Below are positions 9,538-18,606 of a stretch of 64,000 bases of DNA, one piece after another (the stretch's first letter is position 1; each line of letters opens with the position of its first letter). The notes below the pieces were generated by a model. It made no database searches and was not told where the DNA came from. It saw only the letters and a program-made list of their open reading frames with translations. The DNA is taken from positions 1,624 to 65,623 of IMG/VR virus record IMGVR_UViG_3300011793_000004; one strand, 5' to 3'. This stretch comes from a virus. Taxonomy: Duplodnaviria; Caudoviricetes. The translations under genes and the position numbers were made by a program.

Positions 9538-10233
9538 TCAGGCGTTCGCTTTGATCTTCGCGAACACGGCCGGGAACGGAACCAGGTTAGCGACTGGACG
9601 GGTGTAGCCGGGCTGGCCCTGGACGCCGGCGTACATGTAGCCGGCGGAGAAGTCCCAGCGGCTGATGGGCCAGACGTTTCGGCTGGCAAAGCCGATCAGG
9701 TCCATCGAGAACGAGTTGATGAGCAGGAAGACATCGGGCGGGAACGCGTACTGGAAGCGCGACCATTCGATCACCTCACCCAGCGAGCCGACCGTCTCCT
9801 GTCCGGCGTAACTCCATGTTCGGATGATGTCGGTGACGTTGACCAGCGGGCAGCCGGAGTCGAACAGCATCGAGCCGTCGGCCGCCCAGAGGCGCATGCC
9901 GAAATTCGCCGTCGCCCGCGCCGTGAATACCGCGGCAAACCATCTGCCGCTCTGTTGATAGCCCGTCGCCCATCCCCGGAGGTAAAAGCCGGTCCAGTTC
10001 CCGGGCGAGCCTAGCGCCCGGGCAAACACGGTCCGCGTATTTCCGGTGGGGCGGATGAAGAACAGCGGCGGTTCCTGCGTCAGCAGCGGCTGGGAGAACG
10101 TGATGTAGCTCGCGAGGCCGTTCTCCTGTCCGGTCGGCGCATAAGTCCCAGACTCGACAACGCTCAGCACCGGTGTCTCGCTGTCGATCTGCAGCACGAA
10201 GTCGTCGTTGACGGATTTGAAACCGAAGGACAT
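9538..10233 (-). CDS. Tail-tip associated protein
   Basis: MSFGF...LQID start, beta-rich, follows J. Confidence 0.65.
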   Translation of the reverse strand: MSFGFKSVNDDFVLQIDSETPVLSVVESGTYAPTGQENGLASYITFSQPLLTQEPPLFFIRPTGNTRTVFARALGSPGNWTGFYLRGWATGYQQSGRWFAAVFTARATANFGMRLWAADGSMLFDSGCPLVNVTDIIRTWSYAGQETVGSLGEVIEWSRFQYAFPPDVFLLINSFSMDLIGFASRNVWPISRWDFSAGYMYAGVQGQPGYTRPVANLVPFPAVFAKIKANA

Positions 10234-10550
10234 CAGCGGAACCCTATGACGATCAGGCGCATCGTCTCGCGTGAGCGTATCGTCGAGCCGCTCAGGAAAT
10301 TACGTACAGAGACCACGCCATTGGTGATCACCGCCTCGGCCTGCCTGTTGTTGGAGCTATAGGCAGTAAGCGGAAGCAGGATGGCATAGGCGTTGGCGGT
10401 GGTTACGCCCGGCACCGGAAATGTGCGGGTCTGGTTACTGGTCGACGTCGAGAAGTCCACCAGCGTGGACAGCAGCAGGCGATACGAGAAGGTCGTCGTA
10501 TCGATCTGCACCGAGCCGTCCTCGAGGAACGTCCGTAGGCCAAAGCTCAT
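10233..10550 (-). CDS. Small tail-tip associated protein
   Basis: MSFGLRTFLEDGSVQID, N-terminus similar to the next gene. Confidence 0.65.
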   Translation of the reverse strand: MSFGLRTFLEDGSVQIDTTTFSYRLLLSTLVDFSTSTSNQTRTFPVPGVTTANAYAILLPLTAYSSNNRQAEAVITNGVVSVRNFLSGSTIRSRETMRLIVIGFR

Positions 10551-13543
10551 GCGCTGAGATCTCCGAGCTGCACGCGCAAGGCGCCGGCCGCGTCGAAGAC
10601 CTTCACCGCCCTGTTAGTGATCGAGAGACGCCCACCCCCAGGAACCACCGCATTCGACTGCAGCGCCCCACTCTGAAAGTTCAGGCTGAGCACGGGCTGG
10701 CCATCTGGCGTCTGCGCGACCGACTCCAGCGTGGCGCCAATCAGTGCGTTGGTGATGGTCACGGAGCCGATGAAGGCCTCGTTGATGAATACCTGCCCGT
10801 TCTGGATCACGAACGGGTAGACGGTCTCGCCGGTGTTCGGGTCGATCACCGCGAAACGGCTCGCCGCGATCAGTACCTGGCTGGTGATGACCCCTTCGTC
10901 GTTCTCGACGCCGACGCCGATGCCAGCGAGGTAGGGTTTCCCGTCGACCGTCAGCTGGGTCTTGATCGTGTACATCGCCGCCAGCTCGCTCACCAACTCC
11001 TGCACCACCACCATCGCATCGCCGCCGCCCTCGATCTGCTCGAGCAACGCCTGGCTGAGCTGGGTGTCGGTGATCTGCCCGGACAGGTAATCGAGGATCG
11101 GGCCGGCATCGCTGCTGGCCTGCCCGTTGACGAACGCGGTCCAAGGCCCGACGTTGCCGGTGCGGTCGACCAGTCGCCCGCGGAACCAGAGCGAAGTGCC
11201 GGCGGCCAGGCCGGTCAACACGTGGGTGTTCTGCGGATAGGCGAAGTCGCCCAGCTGCATCACGCCCTCCTCGCTCGGCGTGGTGTTGTACTGCAACTCG
11301 GTGCGCTGGGTGTCGTCGGCTCCTTCGGGGAACGTCCAGCGCAGGCTCACGCCGAACAGGATGCTGCTGGCCACCAGCGATGCCAGCGCCGGCGGTGCGC
11401 CGACCTTGCCCTGCAGGGTGGTGAGCGCCGAGGTTACCGGGACAGACGCCACGTCCATGACGTTCACCGCCCGCACGCGCGCCAGGTAGTTGCCGGCGTA
11501 GATGCCCTCGACATCGATGTTGCTGTTCCCCGTCCGCGGCAGGCGAATCCAGTCACCGCTGTCGCGCCGCCACTCGACATCGAAGCCGACGGCGTTCTCC
11601 GGTGGCGTCCAGGCGATGGTCATCGTGGTGACCGCCAGGCCTTGGCTGGTCGCGGTGTTCGAGGAAATCGTGACATCCGTTGGCGGCGCCTGCACCCCGG
11701 GTGGGGTGACGGTAATCGGGCGGTCCTCGATCCGCGCGCCGGTGTCGATGTGCTCGAACTTGCTCGCGTCGTGGAACGTGGCGGTGATCGTGAATAGATG
11801 CGCCTCGTCGCGGGTGCGGCTGGTGACGCGGTAGAGCTGGATCGCGAGGTCGTCGGCATCGATGGACCACTGCAGCTGCGCTTCAGGCAGCTCGCTGTAC
11901 TCGGTCGAGACCTGCACGCGCGCGGCGTCCACCGCTGACACTGTTCTGGCTTCGGCTTTCCCGCTGGGCAGGTTGACGATCAGTCGGTCGCCGACCTTGG
12001 CGGCCGAGACGCGATCGAGCGTGACCCAGCGCCCGGCGACTTCGCTGATGCGTCCGCCGATGGCCCGGCCGGCCAACAGCGGGTCGGCTACGCCGATGAT
12101 GTGCCCGGGCAGCGGGATGTTCCCGTCGAGCCCCACCTGGAAGGTCACCGTGCGGTCCTTGCTGTTGGTCAGCACCGCCCACTTCCCGCGGCGCTGTGCC
12201 TCTGACTCGCGGGTGCAGCCGATCGCCGCCAGCTCGATGACGTTGTCGCCATAGCGCCGCTGCAGCTTCAGGTCCGAGTATGGGGTGACGTCCGACTCAT
12301 ACCCGTTCGCCGGGTTGTCCCAGCTCACCAGCGCACGGGTGTAGCGGACGCGCTCGCTGCTCGATGAGTAGTTGAACTTGCCGTCGATCACGTTGGCGCG
12401 GGTGTAGATGAAGTCCACGTCGCGCGGCATGTCCGCGTGGCTGATCATCTGCCCACCGGCCCAGTACGTCATGCCGCGGTAGATGGCCGCCAGGTCGCGC
12501 AGCACCACCCAGGCGTCCGCCTTGGACTGGATGTACAGGTCGCACTTGTAGCGCGGTTCGCTGCCGCCCTTGCCATCGGGCACGAGCTGGTCGCAGTACT
12601 GGGCGATGCGGTAGAGCTCCCACTTGTCGACCATGGACGCGTCGATGCGCCGACCCAGACCGAAGCGGTCGGACAGGATGATGCCGTAGGTCACCCACGC
12701 CGGGTTGTCCGTCCAGGCGCTCTTGAAGGTGCCGTCCCATGCGCCGGTGTAGATGCGCGTCTCCGGGTCGTAGTTGCTGGGCACCTGCCAGATCCGGCCG
12801 TAGGGCTCGCAGGCGATCTGCGGGATGTTCTGGAACTGGCTGGCATCGAACTCGACGAACAGCAACGCGGTGTTCGGGTAGCGGAATTTCTCGTCGATGA
12901 CTTCGGTGAAGGCCACCACCTGCATGGTGTCCGCATACCGCCCGCTGTCCTGGTTTGGGGTGATGCGGCGCACGCGGATCTGCCAGCCGCTGTTCGCCGC
13001 AGGCAGGTCGATGCGGTGGCTGCGCTCATAGCCGGTGGTGGTCTTGCCATCCACAGCCGTGGTCAGCGCGTTCTGGTAGGCGCCGCCGTCGGTCTGCACG
13101 TCGATGGCGTACTCGATCCGGTAGCCGACGACATCGCCGTTGTCCTTCTGCCGCTGCAGGAATGGCCACTTGAAACGCAGGCGCACAGCGGAAAGCTGGG
13201 TGTTGGTGACGGCGCGGATGTACGGGGTATCCGCGCGCAGCTCGACGGACTGCGACACCTCGTTCTCGACGCTGGGCATGCCCTGGATATAGGCCTGGTG
13301 CTGGCTGCCCGTGCGGAACTCCCACTTCACACCGGGGAAGTTCTCGGCGCCGGTAGAGTCGAGCAGCGGGGTTCCGTCGAGGTAGATGTCGCGGCCAGTT
13401 AGGCGGCCTTCGAACTCACCCTCGCCCAGGGCCAGCAGGATCTTCGCCTTGGCCACGCTGATCAGGCTGTCGGTTGCTTCCTTGGGGACATACGGCTTGT
13501 CGTCGCCGCCCTTGCGGCCTTGAATGCTCGGTGCTGCGCCCAT
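10547..13543 (-). CDS. Central tail fibre / host specificity protein J (998 aa)
   Basis: LALGEGEFEG, AWTDNPAW, GCTRESEAQRRGKW, FN3 repeats, DUF1983-like C-terminus. Confidence 0.93.
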   Translation of the reverse strand: MGAAPSIQGRKGGDDKPYVPKEATDSLISVAKAKILLALGEGEFEGRLTGRDIYLDGTPLLDSTGAENFPGVKWEFRTGSQHQAYIQGMPSVENEVSQSVELRADTPYIRAVTNTQLSAVRLRFKWPFLQRQKDNGDVVGYRIEYAIDVQTDGGAYQNALTTAVDGKTTTGYERSHRIDLPAANSGWQIRVRRITPNQDSGRYADTMQVVAFTEVIDEKFRYPNTALLFVEFDASQFQNIPQIACEPYGRIWQVPSNYDPETRIYTGAWDGTFKSAWTDNPAWVTYGIILSDRFGLGRRIDASMVDKWELYRIAQYCDQLVPDGKGGSEPRYKCDLYIQSKADAWVVLRDLAAIYRGMTYWAGGQMISHADMPRDVDFIYTRANVIDGKFNYSSSSERVRYTRALVSWDNPANGYESDVTPYSDLKLQRRYGDNVIELAAIGCTRESEAQRRGKWAVLTNSKDRTVTFQVGLDGNIPLPGHIIGVADPLLAGRAIGGRISEVAGRWVTLDRVSAAKVGDRLIVNLPSGKAEARTVSAVDAARVQVSTEYSELPEAQLQWSIDADDLAIQLYRVTSRTRDEAHLFTITATFHDASKFEHIDTGARIEDRPITVTPPGVQAPPTDVTISSNTATSQGLAVTTMTIAWTPPENAVGFDVEWRRDSGDWIRLPRTGNSNIDVEGIYAGNYLARVRAVNVMDVASVPVTSALTTLQGKVGAPPALASLVASSILFGVSLRWTFPEGADDTQRTELQYNTTPSEEGVMQLGDFAYPQNTHVLTGLAAGTSLWFRGRLVDRTGNVGPWTAFVNGQASSDAGPILDYLSGQITDTQLSQALLEQIEGGGDAMVVVQELVSELAAMYTIKTQLTVDGKPYLAGIGVGVENDEGVITSQVLIAASRFAVIDPNTGETVYPFVIQNGQVFINEAFIGSVTITNALIGATLESVAQTPDGQPVLSLNFQSGALQSNAVVPGGGRLSITNRAVKVFDAAGALRVQLGDLSA

Positions 13544-13599
13544 GCTTCATTTCCTTCAGGCAATAAAAAACCCGCGCGCGGCGGGTCGTGGAAAGCAGG

Positions 13600-13615
13600 C
13601 TGTATCGATAGCCAG
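13600..13615. promoter_or_regulatory. Putative LexA box upstream of the moron at 13692
   Basis: CTGTATCGATAGCCAG (CTG-N10-CAG), intergenic. Confidence 0.5.
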
Positions 13616-13691
13616 GCTGTAGTAAACGCCAGTAGCGGGCCCCGGGCAGGCGATGTAGCTTCGGAATTCACCTAAGCGAACGGAGGTCGCC

Positions 13692-13973
13692 ATGAGCGAT
13701 TCAACGGACAGAATCGAAGCCCTGATTCATGCACAGTCACTGCTGATCCAGGACCTGTACGCCCAGGTCTACGCGTCCCGCCCCGACGAACTGGAAAATT
13801 GCAGGGAGCACTTGACCCACATGCTGAAATACAAATGGGAGCTCCCGGCCGGATCTAGCGCACGCGACGCCGATAGGGTGATGCGGCTACAACCGCTGGC
13901 AGTTGCTGAGCTTGAACGGAACTTCGCCCAGATTCGGAAGATGATCCAGTCCATGCCGCCACTGCCAAACTGA
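13692..13973 (+). CDS. Moron, hypothetical helical protein antisense to the tail operon
   Basis: SD GGAGG; 93 aa. Confidence 0.7.
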   Translation: MSDSTDRIEALIHAQSLLIQDLYAQVYASRPDELENCREHLTHMLKYKWELPAGSSARDADRVMRLQPLAVAELERNFAQIRKMIQSMPPLPN

Positions 13974-14049
13974 CGTGCTCAGGCGAGTACCCGGCCTGGC
14001 TGGGTCGGTACTGGTCTATCAGCAATCGGTTATCAATCATGGTCGGCCC

Positions 14050-14649
14050 TCACGTCACGTCTTCGGCGTAGATGCCGGCGGAGATGATGGCGCCACCGAT
14101 GCGGCGGCGGCCGGCGAGGATGCCGACAGGGTTACCCATCGCCGTGGTGTTCACCGGCCCGCCGAAAGCGTAGGAGGGTTTGTTGTCGGGGTCCTCTCGG
14201 CCCTTGAGGCCTTTGGATTGAGGGCTGAGCATCTGGATCACGCCGCCGGCAGCAAGCGCTATACCAGGCCCGACCAGGGCCATGCTCGCGCCGCCAGTAA
14301 AGGGTGCCAGTACGTAACCGGCGACGATCATGACCGCGCCAATGATGGTCTGCAGAGTGCCGCCGCGCTTGCTCCCAGCAAGGACGGGCACGACTCGAAT
14401 CTCTTGCGTGCCCCCCAGATCGAACTCATCCACGCCCACGTTCTGTCGGTTGCGGAAGATCGCGTAGCGCATCCCGAGCTTCTCTGCCTTCGCGATGGCT
14501 TCGCTGAAGCCGGGCAAGGTGTTCCGCAGGGCGCTGAAAGCCTCGGTCGTAGTTCCACTCTCCAGATGGCGGTGATGCTCCCGCCCGAACAACTGAGCCA
14601 GGCGGCCGGATAGTTTGATGGTGCACATCGCATTGCATTTGTTCTGCAT
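14050..14649 (-). CDS. Tail assembly protein I
   Basis: IKLSGRLAQLFG; SYAFGGPVNTTAMGNPV...IISAGI. Confidence 0.92.
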   Translation of the reverse strand: MQNKCNAMCTIKLSGRLAQLFGREHHRHLESGTTTEAFSALRNTLPGFSEAIAKAEKLGMRYAIFRNRQNVGVDEFDLGGTQEIRVVPVLAGSKRGGTLQTIIGAVMIVAGYVLAPFTGGASMALVGPGIALAAGGVIQMLSPQSKGLKGREDPDNKPSYAFGGPVNTTAMGNPVGILAGRRRIGGAIISAGIYAEDVT

Positions 14650-14708
14650 GGTTTGCTCCGGGCATAAAAAAACCGGCCTTGGCCGGTTGTGCTATCGATC
14701 CTTCAGGC

Positions 14709-15044
14709 TCAGAGGCAGCGGCGCGCCGCAGACTCCCAACCACTCGCACCCTTCCAGGTGCTCATTAGGTAAACCTTCACAGTCGCCCCTGATTCGCTAC
14801 CGTCCACCGTGGCCATTACCGGAACGCCAATCCACTCGACATTGAGCAGCAGTCGGTAGCCTCGCTCTGTTTCCGTCGAGGTCACGGAAGAGTTGATGTC
14901 CTGCCACGCAGGCGTTAGGCATCTGGCGTACTCGCGCGGCGACTTGGCTGTGTGGCTTTCAAGCGTGGGCCCGGACTGTTCGAGGCCTGCGATGGACGAG
15001 CAGCCAGCCAGGACCAGTGCAGCGGCAATGATCAGGAAACGCAT
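14709..15044 (-). CDS. Lipoprotein moron between K and I
   Basis: MRFLIIAAALVLAGC lipobox; SD AAGGAGG. Confidence 0.75.
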   Translation of the reverse strand: MRFLIIAAALVLAGCSSIAGLEQSGPTLESHTAKSPREYARCLTPAWQDINSSVTSTETERGYRLLLNVEWIGVPVMATVDGSESGATVKVYLMSTWKGASGWESAARRCL

Positions 15045-15102
15045 TGAGTCGATCCTCCTTGGTCGGTGCCGCGACTGTAGCGCGCGCGCGTGGCGCGTTC
15101 CA

Positions 15103-15810
15103 CTACACGCTCCGATGCCGCACCACCAGCCTGGCACGCTCGGCCCAGTACCCGCCCCATACGTCGCGACTCGACAGCCGGCCGTGCAGGTGGTGCAGGA
15201 GCAACCCGTCGCCCAGGTAGACCGCGCCGTGATTCACCTGTTTCGACTGGATCTGCATCAGGATCAGGTCGCCGGCCTGCAGGCTGCCGTCGGTAACCTG
15301 CTCGAACCCGGCCTCCTGGTGGTGCTTCATGTAGAGGTCTTCCCCGCGCTCCCACCAGCCGTCCGCGCGCTCGAAGTCCGGCAGGGTGATGCCGCGCTCG
15401 ATCTGGTACCAGTCGCGGATCAGCCCCCAGCAGTCCCAGGTGCCGTGCACGAAGGGCCGCCCGATCAGGGGCTGCATCTCACCAGTGGGCACGATGGTGC
15501 GCAGGTCGCCCTCCGGCCACGACAGGATGTGCCAGGGCAGGCCGGACGCTTCGCACTGCGCCGTGTCGGCCGTCGAGGGCCGGCTGGTTGCGTCGGGGTG
15601 GGAATGCACCACGCCGATGATGCGCCCGCGATCCTCCGCGGCGGCGTACTCCTCCGGCGCGATGCGGAATTCCTCGCCCGGGTCGGTGGCCGTGTTGGTG
15701 CACGGAACGTATTCATGCCGCCGGCCGACAGCCAGCACCAGGCCACAGGCCTCGCGCGGGTACTGCTCCGCGGCGTGGGCCTGGATGGCGCTCAGGATGT
15801 GCTTGCGCAT
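15103..15810 (-). CDS. Tail assembly protein K (JAB + NlpC/P60)
   Basis: YPREACG, VHSHPDATSRPS, WDCWGLIRDW, NHGAVYLG. Confidence 0.93.
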   Translation of the reverse strand: MRKHILSAIQAHAAEQYPREACGLVLAVGRRHEYVPCTNTATDPGEEFRIAPEEYAAAEDRGRIIGVVHSHPDATSRPSTADTAQCEASGLPWHILSWPEGDLRTIVPTGEMQPLIGRPFVHGTWDCWGLIRDWYQIERGITLPDFERADGWWERGEDLYMKHHQEAGFEQVTDGSLQAGDLILMQIQSKQVNHGAVYLGDGLLLHHLHGRLSSRDVWGGYWAERARLVVRHRSV

Positions 15811-16622
15811 CAGTTGCCCCTCAGCAGCGAGGCGCCGGCGAAGCCACCGAACGGTAGCTCGGCGTTCTCGCCGAAGCGTAATTTGCAGGAACGCACCAAG
15901 CCGCCGCACTCGTCGAGCGCTGGGTCGTCGGTGGGTTCGTCGTCTTCGGTGAAGCGCGCCGCGCCGGTGTAGCCGCACTCCGGCCCGCGGTATCTCCCGC
16001 GCATGCACCACTCGCAGAGGCCGGTGATGATCCTCGCCGGGATTACCTGGCCAGACACATCGCCAGGGCTGGACAGCTCCCACTGCACGACCTCGCTGGT
16101 CTCCTGCGACTTCCGATCGATGTACCAGATGTCGACCGCCTCCTGGCTCGGGTCGGCATCCGGGTTGCCGCCCTCGAAGTTCTCGCCGTCCAGGTACTTG
16201 GTCAGGGTCTGGCGGATGGTGACCTTGGCCTGGGCCAGGTCCTCGAACCGCAGGCACGCGGCGCTGATCGTGCCGTCGATGTTGCCGACCGACAGCGTTG
16301 GGGTGGACGGCGAACCGCTGCTGTTCGCCTCGATGCCTTCCACCTCGCACGGCCAGGCGCCGTACTCCTCGCCCTGCCACCAGATCGGCCGGGGCGCGAG
16401 CGTGCCGCCGCCGCGGCCTGCCTTGATGCTGGAGTCGCCCGCCTTCCAGCGCAGCGAGCCGGCGTAGAGTGGGTTCGCCAGGGCTTCCAGTTCCGCCTCG
16501 GTATGCGCGATCTGGTGGCCGTGAAAGCGTAGTATGTCGGCGCCGAAGGCGGTGCAGTCGACCTCGATCAACTGGACGTAGCTGCCCGGCTCGAGCTTCT
16601 GGATGTCGGTGACGAAGGCCAT
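15810..16622 (-). CDS. Minor tail protein L
   Basis: C-terminal Cys cluster CEWC...ECGY...DECGG...SCKLRFG. Confidence 0.93.
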   Translation of the reverse strand: MAFVTDIQKLEPGSYVQLIEVDCTAFGADILRFHGHQIAHTEAELEALANPLYAGSLRWKAGDSSIKAGRGGGTLAPRPIWWQGEEYGAWPCEVEGIEANSSGSPSTPTLSVGNIDGTISAACLRFEDLAQAKVTIRQTLTKYLDGENFEGGNPDADPSQEAVDIWYIDRKSQETSEVVQWELSSPGDVSGQVIPARIITGLCEWCMRGRYRGPECGYTGAARFTEDDEPTDDPALDECGGLVRSCKLRFGENAELPFGGFAGASLLRGN

Positions 16623-17026
16623 TACGCCTCCTCAGAAACAGAAGACCCCGCATCGGGCGGGGTCTGTTCTGGATCGGGATCGCTGCTTCGTGAACGCAAC
16701 GTCTCGAGCTCGGCGGTCAGCCGTTGAATCTCGACATTGGCCGACTCGAGTTGCACAGCAAGCCCATCGGCCCGCGCGGCATTCGCAGTCGCCTGCGTCG
16801 CCAGCCCGACGTTCACCGCCCCGATGGCCAGCGCGAGCGCCGTCGAGTTGCTGTCGGCAGGCTGGGCGTCCCCTTCTTTCGAAGTGAAGACCGAGCCGTC
16901 ATCGTTCAAAACAAGTTGGAGCTCGCGGTAGTGCGCGCCCTCGATTATCGGCGCATCGACGGTTCCACCAAGACGGAAGAACAGCTCATAAGGGATGGTT
17001 ACAATTTGCATATCGATCTCCGTCAA
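16622..17026 (-). CDS. Hypothetical protein, possible fibre chaperone
   Basis: Coupled to the fibre gene; C-terminal coiled coil. Confidence 0.55.
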   Translation of the reverse strand: MTEIDMQIVTIPYELFFRLGGTVDAPIIEGAHYRELQLVLNDDGSVFTSKEGDAQPADSNSTALALAIGAVNVGLATQATANAARADGLAVQLESANVEIQRLTAELETLRSRSSDPDPEQTPPDAGSSVSEEA

Positions 17027-18258
17027 GCGGCAGCCGCCGCCGTGTTATCGGCGGCTTTCAGCCAAGAAGTGCCGTTACTGAAAACCGGGGCGTTGCCGCC
17101 TGCCAGGTTCGAACACATGACCATCAACCCATTGTTGCCGGATGCCGCAGGCAGCGTCGCGAAGGTGTAGCTCAGCAGCTTGATGGGCTGAAGGTTGCCT
17201 TCGTGAAAAATCTTGCGCCAAGTTCCGGTTCCGGTGGCGCCGACCTTGCGCACGAAAAACGTCTCGGTCTGCACGTCCCCGGCGAAGTCGAACCCGTAAA
17301 GCTGATCGCCATACTTGATGTGCATCCCTGCCCCGTATTCGCACGGGCGGTCTGTCATGTTGGGGTTGATCGTGTAGAAGAACGTGAAATTGGAGAACCC
17401 GAGGGTTGGGCTAGGCAGGAGCAACATGTCCAAACCGGCTGCGCCGAGCCCGAAATCGCCTGCTCTAGTCACCTTGCCGGCGCCTGTATCAGCTGCAGTG
17501 GCAGTCTTCTCCAAGTTGCCCGAGTGCCACTGGTTGTACCACGGCGACCAGCTCGTGCCTGACTTGCTTCGGAAGTAATCGACGCCCGAAGTCCTCGACG
17601 TGTACCTTTGCAAAACCAGCTGTGACCCAGCGCGCCTGATGTCTATAAACCCGGCCTGTGCTACGGGTATACCTACCGTTGCCGCGGTGACTGCGTAGAG
17701 CCCAGTAGGGATGGTATCGAGAGAAACGTCTGTCAGGCTCGGAACCGAAAATGCGCCCAGGCCAAATGCACCAACAGTCAGCACCCGGCCACTTGTCGCG
17801 TCGGTGTCAGAAGTAGTTGTGTTTGCCGCTGCTGCGGTACCTGCATTCGATATCGTGGACAGCAGTTGCGTGCCGGTGTGGTTCGCACGGTTGAGCAGAG
17901 TCGCGTCGGAACTGTTGGCCGTAGCACCGGCTGCGATACCGTCCAGCTTCGACTTCGCCGCGCTGGCGGCCCACCACGCTGCTATCGCCTGCCAGACGCG
18001 CACCGCCGTCCAGGCACGGCGGGTCGTAGCGCTTCCGGCCTCGGCTTCTGCCTGGGAAATCGTCGCCGCTATCCACTCCCGAGCATCGGTGAAGCGTGCA
18101 TCGTTGCTGTCGGCCTTCCCGGCAATGTCCTCGGCATTCTGCGCGCTGCGCGCATCCAGCTCGGCGAAGTTCTGGTTTACGGTTGTGAACGCCTCGCGCG
18201 CGTCGGCGCCGTCCTCGCCATAGGGCGCCTGCCCAAGCGGGATCTGTTCGATAGCCAT
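17023..18258 (-). CDS. Side tail fibre / receptor-binding protein (411 aa)
   Basis: GEDGADAREAFTTVNQNFAEL anchor, Ala/Thr shaft, two VGAFGLG/AGDFGLG-initiated knob-like units. Confidence 0.78.
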   Translation of the reverse strand: MAIEQIPLGQAPYGEDGADAREAFTTVNQNFAELDARSAQNAEDIAGKADSNDARFTDAREWIAATISQAEAEAGSATTRRAWTAVRVWQAIAAWWAASAAKSKLDGIAAGATANSSDATLLNRANHTGTQLLSTISNAGTAAAANTTTSDTDATSGRVLTVGAFGLGAFSVPSLTDVSLDTIPTGLYAVTAATVGIPVAQAGFIDIRRAGSQLVLQRYTSRTSGVDYFRSKSGTSWSPWYNQWHSGNLEKTATAADTGAGKVTRAGDFGLGAAGLDMLLLPSPTLGFSNFTFFYTINPNMTDRPCEYGAGMHIKYGDQLYGFDFAGDVQTETFFVRKVGATGTGTWRKIFHEGNLQPIKLLSYTFATLPAASGNNGLMVMCSNLAGGNAPVFSNGTSWLKAADNTAAAAA

Positions 18259-18267
18259 GCAGGCTCC

Positions 18268-18606
18268 TTACGGCGCGAAGGCCTGGTCGAAGGTGAGCGA
18301 CAGTGAGCCGACCGCACCGGGCCGGCTGCTGTCGTTGTAGGTTTCGCAGCGGTACAGCCCCAGCTCGCCGCGGGGGTTCGTCCACAGGAACGCCCGGTAG
18401 CCGGCGTGCCGGCGGATGAAGGCCAGGACCTCGCCGCGCTCGGCGTTGTCGCCGCCGAAGGTCAGGGTCCAACTCTGCTCTTCGTTGTTCGGGCCGTCCC
18501 CGGTGACCTGGGCATAGCCGTAGCCGAACTGCGCACGGCGTACCCGGAAGGTGCCGGCGTTGCCGGCCTCGTCGTCCGGGGAAAACGTGAAGGTCTCGAT
18601 CGCCAT
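18268..18606 (-). CDS. Minor tail protein M (distal tail)
   Basis: RRAQFGYGYAQ...F..RHAGYRAFLWTNP. Confidence 0.9.
   Translation of the reverse strand: MAIETFTFSPDDEAGNAGTFRVRRAQFGYGYAQVTGDGPNNEEQSWTLTFGGDNAERGEVLAFIRRHAGYRAFLWTNPRGELGLYRCETYNDSSRPGAVGSLSLTFDQAFAP

Noticed and set aside
10421-11797. 458-aa plus-strand ORF, and similar long antisense ORFs at 12437, 20259, 24827, 29072 and 50310
   Set aside because: Antisense shadows of J, tape measure, capsid, terminase and MTase, expected from high-GC codon bias
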